Translations under genes and position numbers: made by a program
Source: Candidatus Omnitrophota bacterium
Lineage (GTDB): Bacteria; Omnitrophota; Gorgyraeia; Gygaellales; Profunditerraquicolaceae
Length of the DNA stretch: 64,000 bases
Direction: 5' to 3'
NCBI GenBank assembly: GCA_028712255.1
Contig: JAQTQJ010000002.1
Span: 86,846 to 150,845 of the forward strand
The notes under the pieces: generated by a model
Told to the model about the DNA's origin: nothing
Database searches by the model: none
The model's input: only the letters and a program-made list of their open reading frames with translations
Part shown: piece after piece, positions 10,382-17,311 of the stretch
Position numbering within the stretch: position 1 is the stretch's first letter
Layout of the letters: each line of letters opens with the position of its first letter

Positions 10382-11050
10382 ATGTCGGAATTAATAAAAG
10401 CAAAAGAACCGTTTAAATTTTGCACGAGATTGCATTTATCGGAACTTACCGGATTGCGTGCTAATACCTTAGGCCAACTCTTAGCTCTTATTAAGGAAGT
10501 GCCTGGTTCATGTATTTATCACCACACACATAGATTCTTGCAGCAGCATCAGTTTCTCTCACCTGAGCCTCCTAATGACTTTGCTTACTGGGTAACGGAT
10601 ATTTTGGGAGAAGATGAGCTTGGCGAAAGGTTAGTTAGTATTGACACTATACAATACTCAACTATTCGTGATTTACGCGAAAAGATTGCCTCGACCATTG
10701 AGAATTATTTGAATGATAACCCGTTGGCTAAAATGAGGTTTGCCCGCCAAGGAGAAGAATTCCATTTTATTAAATCAATAAGTTTTGTCCTGCCAACAAA
10801 CTATGTAGCCTATGATTTAGAAGAGTTTACAGAAGTTTTAAATAAAATAACCATAGATTCTATTTATTTCCATATTTTTGAAGCTCGCCTAAGGCTTGAA
10901 AAACCAACAAATGATTTTTCGTTCTGGATAGAAAATTCTCTGGGAGACAAAAAATTAGCAAATAGCATCGCAAGTTTCGATCCTTATACGAGCACATTAG
11001 AAGATCTAAGAAAAAAGATTATCCGTATAATCGAGAGGAAAATATCATAA
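10382..11050 (+). CDS. hypothetical protein with two tandem ~100-aa internal repeats, embedded in the trehalose cluster
   Basis: repeat NDFAYWVTDILGEDELGERL... / NDFSFWIENSLGDKKLANSI...; no assignable catalytic motif. Confidence 0.45.
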   Translation: MSELIKAKEPFKFCTRLHLSELTGLRANTLGQLLALIKEVPGSCIYHHTHRFLQQHQFLSPEPPNDFAYWVTDILGEDELGERLVSIDTIQYSTIRDLREKIASTIENYLNDNPLAKMRFARQGEEFHFIKSISFVLPTNYVAYDLEEFTEVLNKITIDSIYFHIFEARLRLEKPTNDFSFWIENSLGDKKLANSIASFDPYTSTLEDLRKKIIRIIERKIS

Positions 11051-11054
11051 TAAA

Positions 11055-12269
11055 ATGGCAAAATTAGAGGCATATATCCCTTTGGTGGGACAATCAGTTA
11101 TAGATGATTTGAGCCTCCTTGGGGAAAGATTGAAAGGTAAACTTGTCCAGCATATTAATTCTACTCCTGTGGGTGGGGGGGTTGCTGAGATATTAAACCG
11201 CATGGTGCCTCTGTTGATTGAATTGGGGGTAGATACCAAATGGGATGTAATAAAAGGCGGCGAACAGTTTTTTGGAGTAACAAAGAAATTCCATAATGCC
11301 TTACACGGTAGAGCAGAAGAGATAACCCAAAGAGATTTTGAAGTATTTATGGAAACAAGCCGACAGAATATTGAAAATATTGATACCTATGGAGAAATAG
11401 TCTTTGTCCATGATCCGCAGCCAATAGCACTGATAAAAAAGAAGACTGCTAATAAATGGCTTTGGCGTTGCCATGTTGATGTATCTGATCCTAATGAAAA
11501 GGTTTGGGGATTTCTTATGGATTTTATCACTCAGTACGACTCAGCAGTGTTTTCTGCTCCTGCTTTTTCACGGAAATTGCCAATAAGGCAATTCTTGATT
11601 CCGCCTTCTATTGATCCGTTAAGCGATAAAAACAAGGAGTTGCCGCAGGAAACGATTAATTCGGTTCTAAGAAAATATGATATCAAAAAAGATAAGCCAA
11701 TTGTCATGCAGATATCTCGTTTTGATCGCTTAAAAGATCCGTTAGGTGTAATTGACGCATATTTACAGGTAAAAAAATATATTGATTGTCAACTAGTGTT
11801 AGCTGGCGGTACTGCGGAGGATGACCCTGAAGGATTTAAAGTTCTAGATGAGATTAAAGAAAAAGCTAAGGATGATCCGGATATTCATATTTTACTATTA
11901 CCCCAAAACGACATAGAAGTCAATGCATTGCAAAGGGCATCAGATGTAATTGTTCAGAAGTCTCTAAAAGAAGGATTTGGTTTAACGGTTGCAGAGGCCT
12001 TGTGGAAAGCAAAACCTGTAGTGGCTTCAAATGTTGGAGGTATCCCTTTACAAATAAAACATAAGTATTCGGGATTATTGTGTCATTCTGTTGGAGGAGC
12101 AAGTTTCGCTATAAAACAACTCTTAAGCAGCCCGGAATACGCCAAGAAACTAGGAGAAAATGGGAGGGAACATATAAAAAATAACTTTTTGATTACGCGT
12201 CATCTTAGGGATTATATGCTATTGTTTCTTTCGTTATATCATTCTGAGGATATCGTTCATCTCTGTTAA
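11055..12269 (+). CDS. TreT-like trehalose synthase / GT4-family glycosyltransferase
   Basis: GT-B fold with GGGVAEIL-type N-terminal motif and C-terminal EGFGLTVAEALWKAKPVV, resembling archaeal/bacterial TreT. Confidence 0.6.
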   Translation: MAKLEAYIPLVGQSVIDDLSLLGERLKGKLVQHINSTPVGGGVAEILNRMVPLLIELGVDTKWDVIKGGEQFFGVTKKFHNALHGRAEEITQRDFEVFMETSRQNIENIDTYGEIVFVHDPQPIALIKKKTANKWLWRCHVDVSDPNEKVWGFLMDFITQYDSAVFSAPAFSRKLPIRQFLIPPSIDPLSDKNKELPQETINSVLRKYDIKKDKPIVMQISRFDRLKDPLGVIDAYLQVKKYIDCQLVLAGGTAEDDPEGFKVLDEIKEKAKDDPDIHILLLPQNDIEVNALQRASDVIVQKSLKEGFGLTVAEALWKAKPVVASNVGGIPLQIKHKYSGLLCHSVGGASFAIKQLLSSPEYAKKLGENGREHIKNNFLITRHLRDYMLLFLSLYHSEDIVHLC

Positions 12270-12282
12270 TTTATAATACGAG

Positions 12283-12362
12283 GGTTCGGAAGCTATTTAT
12301 TTCCGGAGGATTCAGATGGTCGGGCCGCCATCTTGCATGTGAATGTAGGATGGCGTTTTTTA
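12283..12362 (+). ncRNA. candidate structured small RNA / terminator module, copy 2
   Basis: TATAAT at 12272-12277 just after treT stop; P1 UUCGGAA/UUCCGGA (G.U-compensated versus copy 1), identical P2 AGAUGGUCGGGCCGCCAUCU, alternative GCCAUC/GAUGGC terminator + U-run. Confidence 0.35.
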
Positions 12363-12378
12363 TTAAGAAAGGAATGGT

Positions 12379-12486
12379 ATGGATAAAGGAGTGCGTTTTA
12401 TATTTATTATAATGGGAGTTTGTATTTTGACAGGATATTGTATGGAATTTTTGCGACTACCCACAACATTAGATAAGGGGGTGTGA
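12379..12486 (+). CDS. small single-TM peptide 1 (35 aa)
   Basis: AAGGA RBS; MDKGVRFIFIIMGVCILTGYC...; first of four tandem micro-ORFs. Confidence 0.3.
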   Translation: MDKGVRFIFIIMGVCILTGYCMEFLRLPTTLDKGV

Positions 12487-12487
12487 A

Positions 12488-12625
12488 TTGAAGCTAAGCG
12501 GCTGGATATTTATGATAATTTCGTGGACATGTATTTTGAGTATGTTGGCCTTTTGTTACAATAGAATATTTAAAAAAGGCCTTGGAAGTGAGGATTCTAA
12601 AGTATTAAAGCGGCTTAAGGAATAG
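12488..12625 (+). CDS. small single-TM peptide 2 (46 aa from TTG, or 38 aa from ATG 12512)
   Basis: GGGGG RBS 7 nt upstream of TTG, overlapping previous stop; hydrophobic core then basic tail. Confidence 0.3.
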   Translation: MKLSGWIFMIISWTCILSMLAFCYNRIFKKGLGSEDSKVLKRLKE

Positions 12626-12666
12626 GGTGAGTGTATTGTAACAAATAAGTGAGGGAGGGGTAAATT

Positions 12667-12774
12667 GTGTGGTTAGTATCTTTAAAAAATCTGGTTTTAA
12701 GGGTAGCCACAACAATTACATATTTGGTTGTGATAATTGCAGTAATTTTTTTGATTTGTTTAATAATCTCTTAG
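12667..12774 (+). CDS. small single-TM peptide 3 (35 aa, GTG start)
   Basis: GAGGGAGGGG RBS 8 nt upstream; fully hydrophobic. Confidence 0.3.
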   Translation: MWLVSLKNLVLRVATTITYLVVIIAVIFLICLIIS

Positions 12775-12848
12775 TGAAGTTAAAGCTTAAATCCTGTTAA
12801 ACAGAGAATAAAACGATATAAACAACTGCGAAGGGGGGGGGATTAAAT

Positions 12849-12989
12849 ATGAATAATTTAAGTCAAGATTGGCCTGTGTTTGCAATGTTGGGATTATTTG
12901 TATCTTTCGTTATTTATGTAATCATTAAGGGGAACCAAGCCGAAAAAGAGAAAAAGGAAGCTCGACCGCAAGATAAGGTTAATAAATAA
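12849..12989 (+). CDS. small single-TM peptide 4 (46 aa)
   Basis: G9-tract RBS 8 nt upstream; TM helix then KGNQAEKEKKEARPQDKVNK tail. Confidence 0.35.
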   Translation: MNNLSQDWPVFAMLGLFVSFVIYVIIKGNQAEKEKKEARPQDKVNK

Positions 12990-12991
12990 GA

Positions 12992-13306
12992 ATGGATAGA
13001 AACACTATTTCGCTCGTTCTTTTTGTTTTGGCCTACTTTCTGTTTGTATTATTCCCCAAGGAAAAAGGTTTCTGATTGCAATAATTACAGCCATATTATT
13101 TTTATTAACTAAAGCACTTTCATTTCCCCAGGCTTTTTACTCCATAAATTGGAATGTTATGGGAATATTTATTGGCACGTTGGTTGTTGCAGATACTTTT
13201 ATGGAAAGCAGAGCACCGGCGTATATCGCAGAAATCATTGTTAATCGCGCAAAAAATACCGCATGGGCCTATGTAATTGAAAAGATTGGTTATGAAACAA
13301 GCTAAA
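12992..13306 (+). pseudogene. N-terminal remnant of an ArsB/NhaD-family anion permease (frameshift after ~27 aa, truncated after ~100 aa)
   Basis: MDRNTISLVLFVLAYFLF... then frame shift to ...AFYSINWNVMGIFIGTLVVADTFMESRAPAYIAEIIV, matching ArsB/NhaD TM1-2; ends where the phosphoesterase remnant begins. Confidence 0.5.
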
Positions 13307-13955
13307 ATTAAAGGCGTTATAAAAGTCAAAGACAAAGTTAATTTTATCAAGAAAATTTCATCATTTACCATCTTAGGTGATCCGGGCTGCGATGGTCTAG
13401 GCGTAGAAATAATGACCACATTTGCAAGAGCCATGAATTGCACCCATACCGATTTTAAAATTATATTAGGTGACCTTGTTCCATTTGGGTTGGAGGAGTT
13501 TTATAAACATATTTACGGAATTATTAATAATGTATCGCCAAATCCCATTTTACACTTTATGCGGAAATCATGATACTGACTATTATATGGCATATTTTGG
13601 CCTGGAAAATTATCTATTAGTAAATGATGATTTGTTGATTGTTATTTTAGATAATTCAAAGAGGATATTTGAAACCCATACCCTTAAGTTTCTCGAGTAA
13701 TTCCTTAAAGAATATAAGCGTAAAAATATCCTGGTATTATTTCATATACCCCCGCCAAACAGTTTTTCAACTAATAGCATGAAAAAGGAAAAGTGGCAGA
13801 AGTTGATAGCGGTTATGGACCTCTACAAAGACAATATTAAATATATACTCTCTGGGCACGTTCATTTCTTTTGTGGAAATACAGGCCGCTTGAATGGTGA
13901 ATTGGAACATTGCCCCATATGTGGAGCTCCTTTGGATAAAATTATTAAGATATAG
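13277..13955 (+). pseudogene. calcineurin-like metallophosphoesterase remnant (one frameshift ~13470-13573, one in-frame TAA at 13698-13700) with C-terminal CxxC zinc-ribbon
   Basis: motifs GDPGCDG, GDLVPFG, CGNHDTDY, GHVHF across three ORF pieces in two frames. Confidence 0.5.
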
Positions 13956-13966
13956 GAGGGTTTGAA

Positions 13967-14092
13967 ATGGCAGTTCAAAAAATAGGAGAGAAGTATCGGT
14001 GTAATGTTTGTGGTAATGAAGTTGCCGTAACAAAGGTGGGAGGCGGAGAACTCGTTTGTTGCAACCAGCCAATGGAGAAAATAGAAGGATAA
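13967..14092 (+). CDS. desulforedoxin-like small rubredoxin-type FeS4 protein (41 aa)
   Basis: C-x2-C ... C-C pattern YRCNVCGNEVAVTKVGGGELVCCNQPM matches desulforedoxin; GGAGG RBS. Confidence 0.6.
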   Translation: MAVQKIGEKYRCNVCGNEVAVTKVGGGELVCCNQPMEKIEG

Positions 14093-14106
14093 ATTTTTCA
14101 ATTGGG

Positions 14107-14547
14107 ATGATTATTTTATTTTTAGCTGTAGCAATAAATACATATGCCGCAGGCACCAGCTCTTCATCATGGGAACCTAAGGCGCAGGAAAATAAACCGG
14201 CGGTTTCCCTATATGACCAAGGGGTTCAAGCAAGTAAGGATAATAATTTTCAAAAAGCTTTGGATTTATTTAATCAAGCTTTACAGGCCAATCCCAGTAA
14301 CTCGGATATCTTTAATATGTTGGCTCATGTTCAACTAAAACTGGGAATGATCGATGAATCATTGGAAAACTATAAAAAAGCTTTAGAGTTAAGGCCAAAT
14401 TTTCCGGAGGCCAGGGAATATCTGGGGGAGGCATATATCCAGGCAGCGTTACGGGAAATAAAAACCCTTCAAAGTTATGGCGGGGAGGCGGGAGAAAATT
14501 TCGAAAACCTAACAAAGGCGTTTAAGGATGCCGCAGCTGGTTTATAA
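14107..14547 (+). CDS. secreted TPR-repeat protein
   Basis: signal peptide MIILFLAVAINTYAAG then 3 TPR units; start chosen at 14107 rather than track's 14056, which overlaps the desulforedoxin gene. Confidence 0.6.
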   Translation: MIILFLAVAINTYAAGTSSSSWEPKAQENKPAVSLYDQGVQASKDNNFQKALDLFNQALQANPSNSDIFNMLAHVQLKLGMIDESLENYKKALELRPNFPEAREYLGEAYIQAALREIKTLQSYGGEAGENFENLTKAFKDAAAGL

Positions 14548-14551
14548 AATA

Positions 14552-14598
14552 AGGACAGCGGATATTATTGGATAATATTCGCTGTCCTTATTTTATAT
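14552..14598 (+). terminator. rho-independent terminator after the TPR gene
   Basis: AGGACAGCG-N18-CGCTGTCCT hairpin followed by TTATTTTATATT. Confidence 0.55.
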
Positions 14599-14609
14599 TA
14601 TAACCATTG

Positions 14610-15545
14610 TCAAGTAACATTTTTAACCTCCTGTTCTTTGTGATATTTTAGCCAGTATTGATAGGGCGATAAGTTGTTTAATGCTTGATGCGGCCGGTAA
14701 AGGTTATAGAACCGTTCCCAGTTTGAGATCCGGTACTTCCAGGCATGAGGATTCTTAACCGGATTAAGGTTGTAGAACTCCTCATCATCAGTCCTGTGTG
14801 AGCGCTCAACCCTGCCGTTTGATTCAGGATGAGCCGTCCTATTGAGCCAATGACGGATATTCAGCCGTGCACACGCGCAAGTTAACGGATGATCAACCTT
14901 AAATGGGCCATAAGTAAACTCAACGCCATTATCAGTGCGCACGGTAGAGATTTTAAAGGGCAGCTTTTGTACTACCTCCTGTAAAAAACGGACTGTGTTC
15001 TGGGCAGATAGCTCATCGTAGATTCTGATTACGCGAAGCCTGGTAAAGCAATCAGTTGCAGTATATTGATAGAGCCGGTTAGGGAAGCCCGGTTTTGTAT
15101 CCAGGTACTTGGTATCCATTTGTACCGTATGTCCTGGATATGGCACTCGATAAGAGCGCATATTGCGTTTCTTCTTTTTGCGGTAGTGGTTACTCAATCC
15201 ATAACGCAATAACGTTTTATAGATGGCGTGCTCTGATACAAAGATGTCTCTCTTTGAGAGATAGAACTTAAGTCGTTTTGGCCCGTAATGCGTTCTTTTA
15301 CGAAGCCGAAGTATTGCTTTAGTTGTTTGTGGTTTTAAAGCCTTTGGATGTGGCGACTTAGGCTTATGGGATTGATCTAATAGCCCGTTGTTACCTTCAT
15401 GGTTAAATCTTTTGATCCAGCGGTAAACAGTTGTCCTTGAAGTACGGTATTGCCTGGCAATAACAGCAATCTTTAAGCGTTCTTTGTAGTCTTGAACCAT
15501 TAAATATCGTTGCCTGATGTAGAAGAGCTTGGTAGAATAAGTCAT
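14610..15545 (-). CDS. IS481-family transposase (HTH + rve integrase core, DDE)
   Basis: TTVYRWIKRF HTH; VQMDTKYL, ATDCFTR, RTDNGVEF, ESNGRVERSH core motifs. Confidence 0.85.
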   Translation of the reverse strand: MTYSTKLFYIRQRYLMVQDYKERLKIAVIARQYRTSRTTVYRWIKRFNHEGNNGLLDQSHKPKSPHPKALKPQTTKAILRLRKRTHYGPKRLKFYLSKRDIFVSEHAIYKTLLRYGLSNHYRKKKKRNMRSYRVPYPGHTVQMDTKYLDTKPGFPNRLYQYTATDCFTRLRVIRIYDELSAQNTVRFLQEVVQKLPFKISTVRTDNGVEFTYGPFKVDHPLTCACARLNIRHWLNRTAHPESNGRVERSHRTDDEEFYNLNPVKNPHAWKYRISNWERFYNLYRPHQALNNLSPYQYWLKYHKEQEVKNVT

Positions 15546-15724
15546 AGCCGCCTCCGCGTGCGCTTTGGGTATTCGATAAGACGATTATACCATAGCTTTA
15601 TTAGATTAAGCTGTGGGTCGTCACCAAGCTCAGGCTGGCGGCTTAATTCTTTTAAATAGTCGCCTCTTAAAGTGTAACGCATCAGTTCATATTGTACGTT
15701 TTTTAGCACATTTCCACTTGACAT
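15542..15724 (-). CDS. small ORF immediately upstream of and overlapping the transposase start (possible IS accessory ORF)
   Basis: 4-nt ATGA overlap with tnp start; GGAG RBS; no recognisable domain. Confidence 0.2.
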   Translation of the reverse strand: MSSGNVLKNVQYELMRYTLRGDYLKELSRQPELGDDPQLNLIKLWYNRLIEYPKRTRRRL

Positions 15725-15816
15725 ATCTCCAAGGGGGGGATAGAATTAAATAGATTTATATTGAGGAGGGTTAATGTATATTAGAACCGTTCCTATTTAT
15801 AATATATAATACTGGT

Positions 15817-15850
15817 CCCAAACAGATAATTCTGTTTGGGATTTTTTTTC
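15817..15850 (+). terminator. orphan rho-independent terminator directly outside the IS
   Basis: CCCAAACAG-ATAATT-CTGTTTGGG + T8; no upstream + strand gene. Confidence 0.45.
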
Positions 15851-15884
15851 GAAAAAATTTAACCTAAAAAAGGAGGTAAGCAAA

Positions 15885-16070
15885 ATGGCAACGTTAAAAA
15901 TGAATAATAAGGCAGGGTCCACTTGGTCGGATACGCAGTGTACCGAAGAGATCAGGAAAAAAGCTCAGGAGCTCTATGAGAAAAGTGGCCGTAAACCTGG
16001 TCGGGATATGGAGAATTGGTTGGAGGCTGAGAGGATTGTAAAGTCAAAGATATGTAGCTGGAAAAAATAA
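15885..16070 (+). CDS. DUF2934-family small protein
   Basis: IRKKAQELYEKSGRKPGRDMENWLEAERIV matches the DUF2934 signature. Confidence 0.5.
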   Translation: MATLKMNNKAGSTWSDTQCTEEIRKKAQELYEKSGRKPGRDMENWLEAERIVKSKICSWKK

Positions 16071-16115
16071 AGCATAACAGCTAAAAGACATACATAAGAG
16101 TAAAGGAGAAGTAAA

Positions 16116-16511
16116 ATGACGGATTTTAAAGACCTATTGCAAAGTGCTGATTGGAAGACAGAGAAACATGTTCCGGTTATAGAAGTACCTGCGGCCATAA
16201 AGTCAGGGGAATTTTTCAAGATTACGGTTTCGGTAGGTAAGGAAATCGCTCATCCCAATAAAACCGAACATCATATCCGTTGGATATCAGTGTATTTTCA
16301 GCCTAAAGAAGAAAAATTTCCTTATCAAATCGGTAAGGCAGAGTTTAGTGCCCATGGGGAATCTGCTAAGGGCCCCGATACTAGCTCTGTATATACCCAT
16401 CCTGAGGTTGTGTTAAATTTTAAAACAGAAAAATCCGGTACTATTTATGCCTCCAGTTACTGTAATATACATGGGCTTTGGCAAAGCGCTAAAGAAATAG
16501 AGGTTAAGTAA
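16116..16511 (+). CDS. sor: superoxide reductase, neelaredoxin type (1Fe-SOR, no desulforedoxin domain)
   Basis: EKHVPVIE, HHIRWISVY, CNIHGLW iron-ligand motifs. Confidence 0.8.
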   Translation: MTDFKDLLQSADWKTEKHVPVIEVPAAIKSGEFFKITVSVGKEIAHPNKTEHHIRWISVYFQPKEEKFPYQIGKAEFSAHGESAKGPDTSSVYTHPEVVLNFKTEKSGTIYASSYCNIHGLWQSAKEIEVK

Positions 16512-16610
16512 TCTGCAGGTATTAAGCAATTAGTATTTTAAGCAAATAAATCTCTCCGAATATACATTAGCACAAAGATAATTTTATTTGACATTGAGAG
16601 TAAAGTATAA

Positions 16611-17279
16611 GTGGGAAAATTGCGCATAGTTTCTCATAGTAGTGAATCTTTCAAAGACCGTAAGCATGCCGGTAGATTACTGGTAACTTATTTGAAAGAT
16701 TTGGGTGGGAAAGATACGGTAGTTTTGGGTATCCCGCGCGGAGGAATAGTGATTGCCAATGAGATTTCCCGGATCCTAAATTCAGAATTGGATATCGTAC
16801 TTTCACGTAAGATTGGCGCTCCTGATAATCCGGAGTTGGCAATCGGTTCAATTGGTGAGGATGGTAAACTTTTTCTTAATGAAGATCTATCTTTTCGAGT
16901 TGGCGCGGATAAAGATTATATTGCAGAAGAAAAAGCATTGCAGTTAAGAGAAATTGAGAATCGTATTGGTCTGTTTAGGCATTGCAAAGCAAAAATTACC
17001 TTAAAAGGAAAAACGGTTATTGTTACTGATGATGGAGTAGCTACCGGAGCAACAATGCAAGCGGCTCTTTGGGCAGCTGGAAAAGAAAATCCAAAAAAAC
17101 TTATTTCCGCTATTCCAGTAGGCGCTGAGGAATCTGTTAGGTTTCTGGCTAATTATGCTGATGAGGTAATAGTATTAAGGGTGCCTCTGGATCTTGGCGC
17201 AATAGGCCAATTCTACAAAAACTTTACGCAAATCCAAGATGAAGAGGTTTTGGAGATCTTGAAAGAGTCGGCTAAGTAA
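16611..17279 (+). CDS. type I phosphoribosyltransferase-family protein (COG1926-like)
   Basis: PRPP-binding loop VIVTDDGVATGATM; GTG start. Confidence 0.65.
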   Translation: MGKLRIVSHSSESFKDRKHAGRLLVTYLKDLGGKDTVVLGIPRGGIVIANEISRILNSELDIVLSRKIGAPDNPELAIGSIGEDGKLFLNEDLSFRVGADKDYIAEEKALQLREIENRIGLFRHCKAKITLKGKTVIVTDDGVATGATMQAALWAAGKENPKKLISAIPVGAEESVRFLANYADEVIVLRVPLDLGAIGQFYKNFTQIQDEEVLEILKESAK

Positions 17280-17311
17280 GTTTTTTGATCTGTTAGAATA
17301 ATCAAATAGTG

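Larger units (their letters stand above)
14590..15811 (-). mobile_element. IS481-family insertion sequence (boundaries tentative)
   Basis: single DDE transposase with N-terminal HTH; candidate AT-rich imperfect terminal IRs ATTTTATATTATAAC / revcomp ATTATATATTATAAA (13/15); no direct repeats recognised. Confidence 0.4.

Noticed and set aside
12379-13075. Treating the 27-aa ORF at 12992-13075 as a fifth independent micro-peptide
   Set aside because: After a frameshift it continues directly into ArsB/NhaD-like TM1-TM2 sequence, so it is the N-terminus of the permease remnant rather than a separate gene.
9168-13700. Stop-codon reassignment (TAG/TAA read-through) as the explanation for the in-frame stops
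   Set aside because: TAG, TAA and TGA each terminate many well-defined genes in the window at positions matching homolog lengths. The affected genes also carry frameshifts and large deletions, so pseudogenisation or error is far more likely.
14056-14106. The longer 14056 start for the TPR protein
   Set aside because: It would overlap the desulforedoxin gene out of frame and adds a non-signal-like extension; ATG 14107 yields a clean signal peptide.
14599-15721. TGTCAAGT 8-mer found inverted near both ends of the IS as terminal repeats
   Set aside because: Only 8 bp match with no flanking similarity, which is expected by chance in windows of this size; the AT-rich 15-mer pair was retained as the tentative IR instead.
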